Assembly: GCF_009914755.1 (NCBI RefSeq)
Contig: NC_060929.1
Source: the human T2T-CHM13v2.0 reference genome, Homo sapiens
Strand: one strand, 5' to 3'
Length of the DNA stretch: 64,000 bases
Made by a program: the position numbers and the translations under genes. Shown here piece by piece: positions 1-14,335 of the stretch. Every line of letters starts with the position of its first letter. The stretch's first letter is position 1. The notes beneath the pieces were generated by a model that saw only the letters and a program-made list of their open reading frames with translations, had not been told where the DNA came from and did no database searches.

Positions 1-246
1 CTCACTAACTTGACTCAGTTCCAAGTAAAGTCGGAAACTTCTCCCGCAAACAGACCTTCAGCTTCTCCAGTGGAGGTGTGTGCTTGGGAGAGGAGGGTCT
101 CCCTTTCCCACTTCCGCAGCTGGGGCACTCACAGTATTTGGGGTGTCTCTTCCGGTCCTGCAGGAGAAGTCCGCTTCCTTCAGAGGGTCTGTGGGGCCTC
201 TTGGGATTGCTGGTTTGTTCTTGCAGTCGATCTGGAGCTAAAATTC
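1..246 (-). mobile_element. LINE-1 5' UTR of L1PBa/L1PB1 type; the element continues leftward out of the window
   Basis: The minus strand reads GAATTTTAGCTCCAGATCGACTGCAAGAACAAACCAGCAATCCC...CAAATACTGTGAGTGCCCCA...GGAGAAGCTGAAGGTCTGTTTGCGGGAGAAGTTTCC, matching the recalled L1PBa 5' end. About the first 75 nt of that consensus are missing. Confidence 0.8.
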
Positions 247-2369
247 CGGTCCTCATTACTTCAAGAGTGGAGAGTGGAGGTTGCGCAAGCAGGCAAGATG
301 GTGCTGAGCCGGTGAGCGGAAAGCCAGCTGCATGCCTGGGAAGATTCTGGTTTTCTGCACCCAGCCTGCTGCAGGAGCTTATTCTCATCCTGCTACACTG
401 ACTTCTCTCTGTATAGCTCTGCCACTCAATTAAGTAAATCAAATATGCACTGTCTGCTGGCAATGGAGACCGAGGTGCAGGTAGGCACGGCACTTCTTCC
501 TACGCTCCATTTTCCTTGGAAACCGGCACTGTGGATGGCACATCAGTAGCAGAACCAGCAGCAGATGCCTGTTAAGATGTGAATGTATCTCAGCAGCCCT
601 TGATATGGCAGGCATCTGAGGTACACACCTGAGTATCTTCCTCTATCTGCAAGGGGCCAGCGGGGGAGATCGCTGACTCCAGAACTTAAGAGTAGGAAAG
701 TGGTATGATCTCCAGCACTATGAATCACATCCTGAGCTGTCATCAGTGAAAAATAACTCCATCGGCAGCTTGAAATACTCCTCAAAGGACAGTTCCCTGA
801 TGATGTCCTTTTTCTCCCAGAGACCCCATTATTTACATATTTTAAAAATTAATTAAAAAGTGACCAAGTTTTTTTAAAAAAGACATTTGAAAAGTTTGTT
901 CATTTCAAGCAGCTGGTCACAAGAACAGACTTACGTGTACAGCAAAGTCTGGATTTTATTTGGAAACTACATGCATAGCAGAGGAAAGCTGGAAATAATT
1001 TCTCTATAGTTCTGGCTGTAAAAGCATCACAGGACCCATGGGCTGAAAGATTCCAGTAAATCTAATCTGCAAGCATCTGCCCTGGCACCCAGTGTGCTTA
1101 CAAATGGCACTGCCCTACCTGTAAAGAGACGGGAATCATTAGGCTGGCGAATTCAGTGATTGGAAATGTCTCAATATATTATAATACACCAACCCAGATA
1201 GAAATCCCTGTGGGAACAACAACAAAAAAGTGTTGCTCTCACCAAATGCCCCACGATGTAGTGCACTAAAAGACAAGAGACATCTGGAAAAGGTGGCAGA
1301 AATATTAAAAATTACCAAATTCCAGAATCCCTACGTCAAATGAAAAAAAATTTTAAATCGAAAAATAAATCTATTCACGTAGCACTGAAACTAGGAAATA
1401 GTCTCATTTCATACGAACAACCTTAAGAAATGTCATTCAGAAGCACAAAGGGACTCCAGCAACTACGCTCCTCAGAGGAGCGGTGGTGAATGGACAGACT
1501 CCTCAAGCTCTGGCTATACTCCCAATGTGGAGGAATGGGGGAGCTGGGATGTGGGAGCCATTCTTCCTCTCTGTCAGTAAGAGCCACCTCAGCCCAAATG
1601 TGGAGGGTTTTGAAAATTCGCCACTATACTCCCCACTGGTAGAAGTAAAAGCTGAAGGGAATGAAGGAACAAAGTGCCTGAGGCCGATTACTTCACACAC
1701 AATTAAATGCTGGCCTAAGCTGAGAACAAAGCCCAGGCAAAAAAATACTTAGAAATTCCATTTGGAGAGCCCCACTCTGAAGAGTCCATTCTCTCTTCCA
1801 TTGTGATAAATAGAATCTTTCTGGGCACATGAAGAAATGCTGGAATTTGCAACTTTTATTTTCTGCTGTCCATACAAGAGAAAAAACTCAAGCAAATGCC
1901 CAAAGATGTGTGTGCAACAATGTTGCCTGTGGCATTGTTTGTAACATCTAAGTCTCATCTACAGGGACACCAATAGGACAATAGATCATGGCACATACGT
2001 ACAGTGGATATGCTGCAGAATGTGCCATGCAGGACTGCCACTGCCATCTTCTTCACTCTGGCACCCAGCATAAAGCGTGGCATACTCTATCCACCAACAA
2101 TCACAGAGTTCATCACCAGTAGGTGCTGGAGGATGCATCAGTAAAGGAAAGGAACACACTACTGTGCAAACTTTAGAACAAATGCAACTTACATACTGAC
2201 ATGGAAGGATGCCAAGGTATATTGTTGCATGAAAAGCACCAAATTACAGAACACAGTATGACACCATTTTTATTGTTAGTGATTTTCTACACATTTATTT
2301 CTTCATACATTTCATTTTAAAATTATGTATATTAATATAGGTATGTAGCATTTATATACACCTGCAGTG

Positions 2370-2540
2370 CCTAAAAAGGTGTTGCTCACTGACATCCAGA
2401 ACTTCTCTTCTTATAGGCAGATGGAGAGCTGAATTCCCTCATCCCTTGTGGTTGGATGGGGCCTCATGTCTAGTTTTCGCCAATGAGTTGTAAGAGTAAA
2501 TGACACATGTCACTTCCAGGCCAGACCATTTACATACCAG
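2370..2540 (+). mobile_element. Old MaLR LTR fragment (MLT1J/K-like)
   Basis: CCCTTGTGGTTGGATGGGGCCTCATG...CCAATGAGTTGTAAGAGTAAATGACACATGTCACTTCCAGGCC resembles the 5' part of old MLT1 LTRs. Confidence 0.5.
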
Positions 2541-4088
2541 CATGGGCCTCAGAGTTTCTTCCCTTTCCTAAGTTTATCTTGAAAGTATATATGTGCTGAG
2601 ATCAAGCCTATGGCAACCTGGATCCTGTAGGGTCTATGAAGAGCAGGAAAAGAAATGGTGCAAGGAGCAACTTCAAAAGCCTCCCCAAAGCCAAACTTCA
2701 CCCTCATCATCATTTGATTAAAAAACATAAAATTATGTGCTTTCAAATGAGAGCTGTGGACTCCCTAAGTCCAGCCTTTGGGAATGGAAGACTGGATGAT
2801 GAACTCAGTGATTGTTGATGGATAGAGACTCCTTCAAGGAAGCTTGACTTCTCTCCAACTACTGGATCAAAGCATGTCCAAATTGAAAGGCAAAAACCTC
2901 ACAGAAGGCAGGACTGAGAGGACTCTGAGAAACCTTCTTCTATAAAGGCATCTCTAAATCCAGGCATGAAAAAATAATATCCTGATAACAAGAATGTGAA
3001 CAAGCAACTCTTTACATCACGTCAACAAATCTAGATGCCTAGCCTCCCACAGCCCCATGCCAGTTGCTAGCAAGAAGAATTTAGACTTCACTTTTACAGA
3101 CCTTGAGTGGTCAAGGGTCTGTAATCTTCCTGGCCAAGCCTGTTGAAGAGGGCTCCTGCCCTATAAAATGGGAGGATATGCCATTGACACTGGAGACTAA
3201 TTAAATGCTATCTCCTGGAGTTATAAGAAATAGGGAAGTTAGTAAACACTGGAATTAAAGAAGTTGTGAACAGAGTGTGTAACTGCTAGCACTTTGATAA
3301 ATCTTTTCTCTAAAATAAAACTCTTATACAACCAATCTGAAACACAGGAGAAAGATTCTGGGATCCAGAGGGACACAGCGAGATTGACCCTGAGTTGACC
3401 ATGGCTGAGCGCAGAAGCCAAAGTGAGCTGGCTTTTAATGTCAGAACTTAGTGATGAAGGTTCCCCACAGAGAAATTCAGTACATTCCCAACCACTCTAG
3501 ACTATGTTCGCATTCCTTATAAAATATGATAAATAATACCTTACTTACTTGGGTTGTCGTAAGGATTAATGGAATTGTATTTGTAATTATTTCTAGCACA
3601 ATAAATACTGATGTGTTTTCTTCTTCTTAAAAAAAAGTTACTATGAATATTTCTCAAGCTATTATGGAACCTGAATGAGTACTAAATAGAGAGCATAGCC
3701 CAACTCCACAAATATGCTACACAAACATATACTAGCTACACAAATACTTATGTTATTTAAATTGCAATTTTCTAATGTCTGTAGCAAAGTACTAACATAA
3801 AAAGTGAACATAAAGGCTTATAGCAAGTATAGACTTGAAGAGTTTATTTCATCCATCCTACTGCCTCTTGGTAGGTAAGACATCTGACAATCTCTTTCCT
3901 CAGCATCTTCAGTGATGAATTCAAAGAACTGACTATCCTTCTCGTTCCTAAATATGAAGGAAATTTCTGAATAAAACAAGTACATTTTAAGTTATATTTT
4001 GAATATAACTTAAGTATATTCAAAGAGCATCTACTAGATGCCTACTTACACTCTCATGACATTTTTTTTTTTTAATTTCCAAGGGTAG

Positions 4089-4768
<680 letters not shown>

Positions 4769-6607
4769 GATAGCATCACCTTAGAAGGGCTCTGTGGCAT
4801 CTGTGCAATCCCCTGCTTTCTTCCTGTGTGAGCTTCAATGGGAGACATGAAGAAAGACAATACACAACTTTTTCTACCTGGAGCTCACCATCTACTTGTG
4901 GACAAGACACTTTCCCCATGAACACAGGGCTCACAGGGCAAATATACAAGCAGTGGCTCAAGGCAGCGCATGAGGGATGAGGCAGTAAGTGCCGTGCACT
5001 TAAAGATGAGAACGACCAGTGTGGGCATGTGTGCTCCAGAAGCAGCACTAGAACCCTTGGGAAGTCAATGTCCTGTTCATTAACCACATCCCTCAATGTT
5101 GCTATATTGGTTGGTTTACTAATTAAGTGCAAACACAGAATGTTTACTACTTTAGCAAATAAAATCCCAACCTTCTTTCTACTCTCCCACAGGACCTAAA
5201 TATACTCATCATCAGGCCTCACTGAGACTCATTCTACCTCACCCTTTCCCAAGGGGCTGCTCATACTTCTAGTCCCATCACACTCTCCCTCCTGTGTGTG
5301 CAAGAGTTGCTGGGCAGAGTCTTTCCCACTTCAGACTCTGCAACTGCCTGGAGTGCAAGTTCTTTCCATCCATTCATCAGGCAGCCTTCATTCCCAAACC
5401 ATTTATTGACATGCTAACTGAACCCCTTATTTGGCTTTGAATCTCATCATCCATAAAATGGGCATTATACCCATTGGCTGGGTTGTCAAGGGAACTAAGT
5501 AGAAAACCATGTTGTAAACCCTCTAGTCCGATGCTGACACATTGTACTGTATGTGCTTAATTAATGTATTTCCCATCTCTTTCTTTCTTTGCTGCTCAAA
5601 ATAGTTGAGTGAATATCTGAAAGCAGGATGGTAGAAGCTGGGCCAACAGCACTGAATCCAATCAAAGGCACAGGAAGGGGTCTCAGAGTGCCACATCAGG
5701 CTCACAGAGAGTGTCCCTCTTATATGTGACATACACAATCTTCTCCTCAATCCAGATAAGGGCAACTGAGACAAGGTTATTAAATGAAGGAGCAACAGAG
5801 ACCAGTAGGCCAGAGTATTTTCTGGGTTAGTGGGGAAGGGTGACCAACATTCTTGGAAATGTTCCTGGGTCCGGGACTGTGGCCTCCTCTAAGGGCTCAG
5901 GCAACACAGGCTGTGCTAATCAGGCACTTAAGCCAAAGGGGATACCAATATGACACTGACTTTGATGACTTTAGCAAAATACAAACGCAGTTCTAACTTT
6001 CACTCATTCAGTAGACTTATATAGATACACACACTTCAATTTGGTGAATAGCTCAGTCAGTCTATAAATAACAAAATAATTGTGGAGATGTTAAGTTCAA
6101 GGCACCATACCAGTGTCGCAGGATTGCAGAAGGGAAAAGGTTGGAGTAGTAAGGGAGTATAACACACGTCCCTGCCCAAAGACCTTAGTCTAGTGAGACA
6201 GATGAAACAAAGCATATGACAAATAAAAATCAGGACCGGAAGACATGAGCTGAGGGGAACACTCAGAAAAGGAGTCACTGCGGATATGTGGGCTTTCCAA
6301 AGAGCTCAATACTACACAAACTTGGACATGATCCACAAGATTTTCTCACAGAACTATGAGTTTTGGCCGTTTCCCATAGCCTTCTACTATTTATTTCTAC
6401 CACAATTCTCACAATTTGAAGGTTTTTCCTAGAAATAAACAACCTGAGTGGTTTGGCATTAATCAATTTTGGAGTTGTCAGATTTCTTAATCAATTCAAA
6501 AGTATTTTTTTTTGAGCTCTAGTTTATACAAGCTTCACCAGACTAAGGATTGTAGAGGATACAATTAATTGGTAGCCTCAGTCTTCTCCTACAAGAAGCT
6601 TACATTC

Positions 6608-7268
6608 AATGGTGTGCTGGAGCCCCCATGTGCCTGCTTGTAAGGACCATTTGCTAAATATCCAGAAATTTTGTGAGCTGGTGTTAAACAGAGATGTGGT
6701 TGCTTGAATAACGGTATCTATGTCCTAATCCCTGGATCCTGTGCATGTTAACTTATATAACAACCAAAAAAAGGATTTTTCAGGTATAATTAAGCATCTT
6801 GAGATGGAAAGATTATCTAGGTGGGTCCTAAATGTAGTCACATGTATGCTTATGAGAGGAATGCAGAAGATTTGACACACGCAGAAGAGGAGAAGGTGCT
6901 GGAACCATGGAGTCAGAAATTGAAGTGATGTAGCCACAAGCCAAGCAATGCCATGAACCACTAGAAGCTGGAAGAGGCAAGAAGCAAATTCCCCCATAGA
7001 GTCTCCAGAGGGAGTGCAGTCTTGCTAACCCCTTGATTTCAGCCCGTGAAACCGATTTTGGACTTCTGGCCTCTAGAACTAAGAGAATACATTTTTGTTG
7101 TTTTAAGGCACCAAGTTGGTGGTAATTTGTTACAGAGCTGTAGGAAACTGATACAGGTGGGTAGCCTGAAATCAGCCATGGTGGGAGTATTTACACCCCA
7201 GAAACTGGCAAATGCTACAAATCAGGGCTTTTAGTTTTAGAGACCTGGTTTGCTCACATCATAACTGA
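6608..7268 (+). mobile_element. MER63A hAT-Blackjack MITE split by an MLT1C/D LTR
   Basis: Left half CAATGGTGTGCTGGAGCC..TGTTAAAC and right half GGTAGCCTGAAATCAGCCATGGTGGGAGTATTTACACC..GCTACAAATCAGGGC join into the recalled MER63A consensus. Confidence 0.75.
6695..7155 (+). mobile_element. MLT1C/D solo LTR
   Basis: TGTGGT..GTCCTAATCCCTGGA..GCCACAAGCCAAGCAATGCC..AGAAGCTGGAAGAGGCAAG..GGAAACTGATACA, about 460 bp. Confidence 0.85.
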
Positions 7269-7761
7269 GTAAATCAGCCTTAAACAACTAGCAAATGTCA
7301 CTTCATGGCATGACATGACAGGATGTGCTGTGATATGACATGATATAATGTGATGTGTCATTAGGAAACACACTCAACTTATAACCAGGTTCCTCATTCT
7401 GAATCTTTCCCAAACAGGTTCTGTCTGTTATTAGGCAGATCTCTTTTCTTCTCACTGTGGTTTGGTGTCCTTTCAGAAAAAACAAGAGCCTCAAAACAAA
7501 CTCATTCATTATAGAAACATTTACTAAGCACTTACAGTGTAGCAGAAATGGTGCTGAAGGTACAAAGGTGAGGGAGTCCCAGTGCCAGTCACTGAAGAAT
7601 GAATACTCATTGTGACATCAGACAGCGAAGCAACAAGAAAATGCCGTGAGGTTGAAGATTAAAGGTGACTGCTGGGGTGTTTCCCATCTTTGTGATTTCC
7701 ACTCTTTGTGATCCCAGTGCCAAATCATTGACTTATTAAAGTGGAGCTTTCAGTGGAAGAT

Positions 7762-8125
7762 TGCTATGGTCTGAATGTTTATGTCCCTCCAAAATGTATG
7801 TTAAAAACCTTATCACCAATGTAATGCTATTAGGAGGTAGGGCTTTGGGAAGGCGATCAGGCCATGAGAATGGAGCCCTCATGAATGAGATCAGTGCCTT
7901 ATAAGAAAGGCCCCAGAGAGCTGCCTTCCCATTCTACCATGTAAGGTTACAGTGAGAAGGCACTATCTATGAATTGGGAAGTGGGCCTTCATCACCAGTC
8001 ACTGAATCTGCTAGCATCTTGATCTTGGACTTTCCAGCCTCCAGTACTGTGAGAAATAAATTTCTGTTATTGATAAGCCACTCACATATAGTATTTTGTT
8101 ATAGCAGCCCAAAAAGACTAAGAGA
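7762..8125 (+). mobile_element. MLT1A0 solo LTR
   Basis: TGCTATGGTCTGAATGTTT..CTTGATCTTGGACTTTCCAGCCTCCAG..GAGAAATAAATTTCTGTT..TTGTTATAGCAGCCC..GACTAAGA. Confidence 0.85.
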
Positions 8126-9464
8126 AGTTCTCCAACACTAATCAAACAGCATTATCTGAAAGGGGCTGTGTTGGAAAGTTGTTACTGTGTTGAACTCCAG
8201 CTCAAACAACTAAGCAAAGCTAAGCTGGGCCAAGTACAACATTGGATCCTAATCACAGGCAGGTAGCATTTGTCAAACAAGATGACACCACCCACAATGT
8301 CACAGTAGTGGAGGTGGTGCTCATCATCAAAGATGCCACTGCTCCACAGGATGGACCACCCACTGGTGCTATGGTAACAGCAACATGCAAACCACTGCTA
8401 GGATGGCCACCTGGTCCCTGCTCTCTGCATCTTCCCCATGACTCCCGTTAAATGCCCTCACTGGGTGCTCTGCTTAAAGTTTTAAGATTTCAGGCAACTT
8501 CCTCTTCCCAGGTGGCATCTAAAGTTAACATCCAGGGATAGCTAACAGAAAACCACCTAGCCTTCCCTTTTTAAGACACTACATCTCAGGGGCCCTACTC
8601 TGATCCCCAAGTAAATTCTTGGACATCCTTTCAAGCTACAAATGTTAGCAATAGCAGTCCTCTATGGGAGACGTAATACAGTTGCTATTATTAGGCAATT
8701 TGCACCGGGTAACAAGTTTACTCTTCCAGATGTGGGACCTATTTGCGGCAAAAGTCTGTTTATTCCTTCATGTAAGAAATGCTTACTGAGGAACTCTACA
8801 TGCCAGACAATTAACTAGGTACTTGAGATCCAAACACAAGTGAAAAACAACCCCTGCCCTCAGAAGGAGACTTACCCATAATCAGCAAGTGTCACTGATA
8901 TTATAAGATAAGGATGTCCAGGGAACAGCAAGGCACAAATGAGGTGGTAGACAGTCTCTCTAGAGGGCTAGGAAAAGACTCATACATGATAAGGTACATG
9001 GATCCAGGGAAGATGAAGGCAGTGTGGGATTGCTTTTGAATTTCTCCAAACTCGCCCATAAAAGCAGACAGACAAACTAAGATAACTAAACAAAAAAACC
9101 CACAGACAAAACTATTACAAACCCCAAAAGAAGTGTGGTGGGAACAAACATCTGATAGAATCAGACACATTACTGGTGACCGGACATAAGCCCTGTTAAT
9201 GAGAAGCTTACATTTAGAGAGTCAATTAAGTACACGCTATACACAACCTAAAGTGGTAAATGCTACCTTGGTTATTCAACTTCACTGTTACATGCCTTGA
9301 AGTGTGGGGTGCACTGGCCTGAACCATTCTGGTTGTGTTTGATTCCTTAGGATGCCACCAACAAATAACATTGAGAAATACCCAGCTACTTTCATGTTCT
9401 CCAATGGCAGCAAAGTACAATGATCTCTATGATTCATGGGAGGTCAGATGAAGAGTGAGACAAT

Positions 9465-9821
9465 TGTATTAGTCTGTTCTCGCACTGCTAATAAAGGCAT
9501 ACCCAAGACTGGGTAATTTATAGAGGAAAGAGGTTTAATTCTTCCAGTTCCACATGGCTGGGGAGGCCTCACAATCATGGCGAAAGGCAAAGGGGAAGCA
9601 AGACGCATCTTACACGGCAGCAGGCAAGAGGGTGTGTGCAGGGGAACTGCCCTTTTATAAAACCATCAAATCTCATGAGACTTATTCATTATCACAAGAA
9701 CAGCATGGGAAAAACCTGCTCCCATGATTCAATTACCTCCTATGGGATCCCTCCCACGAAACATGGGATTATTACAATTCAAGGTGAGATTCGGGTGGGG
9801 ACACAGAGCCAAACCATATCA
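9465..9821 (-). mobile_element. THE1 (THE1C-like) solo LTR
   Basis: TGTATTAGTCTGTTCT..GGGGACACAGAGCCAAACCATATCA, with a perfect 5-bp TSD ACAAT at 9460-9464 and 9822-9826. Confidence 0.92.
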
Positions 9822-10049
9822 ACAATGTAGGGGAAGAAGACAAGAGCCTAGCTGTGCTGCCTATTGGCTGGACATCCTTTACCAAATGTCTTTAACTTCC
9901 CTAGGCCTTAATTTTCTCATTAAAAATGGAGACAGATATAACACACACCTCATGGGCTATTATAAGGACCGAATGGGATAATGTATGTGGGTGAGGAGAA
10001 GTCTTTGCAAACTAAAAACTGCTCCAAAATACATTATCTTCATTCACAG

Positions 10050-10432
10050 GCCACAGTAGATTAAGTTATTCATATATATTCCCTTCCTCTTCCCCCATCT
10101 TCATATATAGAGTTCCCTGCCCCTTGACTTTGGGCTCATCTATGTGACTTCTTTTGTTGGAAGGGATGTTAGCAAACCCATCGCAAACAAGCTATGATTG
10201 CACAGTGGTGCTCACCTTCTGCACCCCCATCACTGCCATGGGAAGAGCCTCCTGCCAACCTGGCCTCAGAAGGAACATACAGAGAGCAGACCTGAGCCCA
10301 ACCCTGCATGAGGGGCCAAGCCCAGCTCTCTCACAGCTGGAAGGAGAGCCAGCCAGCCAACTCCCAACTGACATGCAGATGTGTGAGCAAGAATAAATGA
10401 TGGCTGTTTAAAGCCACTGAGTTTTAGAGTGG
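10050..10432 (+). mobile_element. Old MaLR LTR (MLT1H/I-like)
   Basis: CCCCTTGACTTTGGGCT..GAGCAGACCTGAGCCCAACC..GAATAAATG..TTTAAAGCCACTGAGTTTT. Confidence 0.6.
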
Positions 10433-11613
10433 CATTCCCCAACACGTGCTGAAAGGTACACAGCCCATCACTTCCCTCCTCAGCCTAAGAGGTCCTGGGA
10501 AATTGACAGCACTGTAGAAACCATTTTGATAAAATATTTGCAATGCAATTCACAAGTGAAAAGAATGATAGAGCCAAAAGGAAGAACTAGCCTAAGGCAG
10601 TGAGGTGGGTGAAGGGTGGCATCAGAATCATTCAGAAATTTCAAATTACATATACCTGATCCGCTCACCATCCCCATTCCATTCATTCCTATAGATATTT
10701 ACCAGCCTAAGAGTAAGGAGGTGAAGAGATAGAACATTGTACTCCAAGAAATCATAGTAAGAAAACCCTGCACTACAGAATAAAAAAAAATGTGAAAGTC
10801 AATGGGGATCAGCACAGCAAAGATGAAGTACCCATTCATTCCCACTTTGCACCCCTGACAAACAAACAATGTCTGACTAGTACCAATGTACTCATGAGAG
10901 TGAGCATCATGAAGTCTGTAACATACTGGAAAATATTCCAGTCTACTCAGTGTGATATTATGTAAGCATCAGTTAATTTTAATTTAAATTCTAAGATTGA
11001 TCAAGCTAACACTATGCTTTATACACAGCCCTGGGGTGGTTAGCTAGCATTACAACAAAAGGAGCCACCCTCCAGGAGAGGCTCCCCAAATACTTCCACT
11101 ACCTGGGTCAACATCAACAATCCACAGCTTGCTAATTATTATATAACAAATTTTAAAAATTATTGGTGAAAGTAGGGTCTTGTTAATTAGCATAATGAAT
11201 ACTAGAAATTCAGTCTCATTAAAGAAATTAAAGATGTTGGAGATACATAAACTGCCATGGTAGTTGAGCCGTATTCTCCATTGCATGAACAAGGTATGAG
11301 ACCCCAGCAAGGCTCAAGGTCTGTATAGGGCACCTGAGGCTTACTCCTTAATCAGATCCACATCCAGCAATTGATCACATTAGGAGGATCACTGACTGCA
11401 CAGACTTGTAATGTGGCAGTGGCTGTGCTGAATCTGCAGACCATCCTAATGGAGTGAGGTCTCCTAAGGGGAGCGCGTGGAGGCTTTCATCAAGCTCACA
11501 GAATAGACCTATGCACTATTTTTGTGTCTACTTTGATAATGAATGTTTGTCTAATAAATGTATGTGTGACAGGAGAAAAGAGGTTATGATATGTATGCTG
11601 TGAAGGAAAAAAG

Positions 11614-11782
11614 GGCTGGGTGCAGTGGTTTATGCCTTAATCCCAGCACTTTGGGAGGTGAGGTGGGAGGATAGCTTGAGCCCAGGAGTTCGAGGTTACA
11701 GTGAGCTGTGATTGTGCCATTGCACTCCAGCCTGGGCAACAGAGTGAGATTTTGTCTCTGAAAAGAAAAGGGGGAAAAAAAA
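11614..11782 (+). mobile_element. Monomeric Alu (FRAM/FAM type)
   Basis: A single ~150-bp Alu arm running from GGCTGGGTGCAGTGG to GCACTCCAGCCTGGGCAACAGAG, followed by an A-rich tail. Confidence 0.85.
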
Positions 11783-13219
11783 GCCACCTCTCATTTAAAA
11801 AAAAAAAAAGACTTTGTAAAGAACATAAATTGCAGAACACTTAAAAATAAAATTAAACTTTATTATGTTTAGAGTCTGCTGCTAAGTGGTAAATAAGTGT
11901 AAATATCTAAAATTAGATACTTTTTTACAATTTCAAGTAAGATGAATAAATATTTTAAAATTCATTATTTATTCTTCCATCTACTAGCTACAAATCTGTT
12001 GTGAATTTCAGCTTACTCATTAGTTATATAGGTCATATGTACCTTGAAGGAATGTTGTAAGCATTTAATGAAATGATGCAGAAGATCATGAAAATACAAA
12101 AAAATACTGCGTGTTTTCAATGTGTTAGTTCCTTCTCTCCCCTTACTCCCAATATACAGAAGTCACTGAAGAATCTAGAAATGCATCCAGTCCATACACA
12201 GAGATGTCATTAATGGAAGCACAGCCTCGAGGTTGGGAACACCATTCATCATGGCCAGCTAGCTCAGGGGCTTTTCAATACCAGTCTGTGGAATGGAATG
12301 GTGTTGGGCAGAAAGAAGTAACTTTTTAACTTTTTAACATTCTTACATGGAAAAGTAGAAACATCAGAACCTAATTTTAAACGATTCAATGAAATCCAAG
12401 TCAAGGAGTCTCGGCTTTGGTCCAGTGATGGAGCTGATGCTGACACTCCCCTTCTCCATGATTCCTGCCAAGGGTACATTACAAGGCTCTGTCTGAGCTT
12501 CTTGATATGCAAAAACATGTTACTGAGGCCACAACCTGGAAACTTTCACTTAGATTCTAGATCTTCTAAATGTGTTGGTTACTCTAGAATTTAGTGGGGA
12601 GGAGGGGAGTTTACATTTCTTTTAAGAAAACGAATACTGTCATGTTTCAGATTTCCAACGCATCCTATTTATCCTGTTCACTTTATCTTTGAAGTTTCTC
12701 CTGACGACGGCTGTCATCCATCCAGCTGCCATCATCCCCGTGCAGCCGCCACACAGTAACTGCTGACGCCAGGTGGCTCCTGCCCGCACTCTAACTCCTG
12801 CAGTCCACTTCCCACTTGACTGCCTCTACGATAGGTTAAAACTGCAGACCTACTCGTGTCATACCCCTGTTAAAACCCATTAATGGTTTTCCATGCTCTC
12901 AGAATAAATTCTGAATTCCTACACACAGCGTACAAGGCCCTTTCTCCTCTGGCCTCTCTGTGTGTCTCTAACCATTTTTCTCCTTTCTCTGTCTGTTTCA
13001 GCAATATTAGACTTTTATCTCCTCCAGGGTTCCACATTCCCTTCGGCCTTTGGACTTTTGTACTTGCTGCTTTTTGTTTCTCTCTGCCTGATATAGTCAT
13101 TTTACAGATAAAAAAACTAAAGTTCAGAGAAAGGAAGTGACTCAGCCATGGACACTTCATCTGTTTCTTCATTAAGGAAACATCCAGATTTCTAAATACA
13201 GGAGAGGAATACAGTAGCA

Positions 13220-13435
13220 TGGCTCCAGAATCAGACAGACTCAGCTTGAACTTTTAGCTTCATCATTTACTAGCTGCGAGATCTTAGTCAAATGACCCAA
13301 CTCTTCTGTAATCCTTGTTTTCCTCATCTATAAAATAATGTTAGCGCCTATATCATTGGGTACCTGTGAGGATAAACTGAGATGATAGATGTAAAGTTCT
13401 TTATTTCAGAGCCTGGCACACAATAAGCATTAAAT
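13220..13435 (+). mobile_element. MIR SINE
   Basis: MIR core (GTTTTCCTCATCTATAAAAT..GTGAGGATAAACTGAGATGAT..CCTGGCACACAATAAGCATTAAATAAA). Confidence 0.7.
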
Positions 13436-14159
13436 AAAAATCTGGTGGTGTTGACTTAATTATTGTTTTCATAATCATTGGTTGGCTTGATTGTTGACTT
13501 TTCAGATTTAAATTTAATGCAGTCATAAAAATGAAGGCATAATTAATTCACCCAGAAATATGGGACCACTTCAAGAATGGAGAGTAAATTACTTGTATCA
13601 GATGAAAGATCATTACATACATACCTGGGCAAGCGCAAATGAAACTTGTGTGGAATTCAAAGAGAACCATCACGAGTAATGGTTATTCAAAGTTAATAGG
13701 CAAAAAGAAGCAGGTGTGGAAGGAGAGTGCAGTTATCTGACAACGAGTTGGAGCTGGGATGCAGCTAGTAAGTGTGGGCCTCTCAGGAAATTTCACTATA
13801 GAAGAGGAAAGAAAGAGATGGGGCAAACTGTTTCTCTCAAGTGATTACAGCATATTGGAATGCGTGCAGGATGAAGTTAGCAGTAGAGGACACGGTGAAA
13901 ATGAAGGACAGAAAGGTGGTAAGTGATTCTTCAAAGTTCTCAAGGAAGGAGAAACAACGGGATCAAAGGCTCAAGGGAAGGGAAAGCACGAGCCGCGTAC
14001 AGAAAGAAGGACTTCTCTTCGGTGTAGTCAGAAGGAATTAGAGAAGTATGTGTCTTTACATACACTAGTGCAGTTTTCTGAAATGGCTGTGGGGAGCAGG
14101 GCCTGGGAAAAGCTATTTCCAGTTGCAGAGATGCCTTTGGTGTATGGAGTCTCTGTCAA

Positions 14160-14335
14160 CAGTGGTTCTCAAACTTGGCTCAGCCTTGGACTCCCTGGGA
14201 AGCTTTTAAAAATTCTGATCTCCGTTATGCCCCATGCCAATTAAATCAGTATCTCTGTGGTGGAACACAGGCATCAGTAATTAAAACAAAACAAAAACAG
14301 GAGATTCTAATGTGTAGTCAAGTTTGAGAACCAGT
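14160..14335. mobile_element. MER5A hAT-Charlie MITE
   Basis: Terminal inverted repeats CAGTGGTTCTCAAACTT...AAGTTTGAGAACCAG. Confidence 0.8.

Noticed and set aside
5-493. 162-aa, 101-aa and 107-aa ORFs at the left edge
   Set aside because: They largely overlap an L1 5' UTR and resemble no protein I recognise.
420-830. Possible minus-strand processed pseudogene (peptide KKDIIRELSFEEYFKLPMELFF, faintly EF-hand/S100-like)
   Set aside because: It lacks a proper EF-hand loop, has stops in all frames, and I could recognise no parent gene. A TBLASTX search would settle it.
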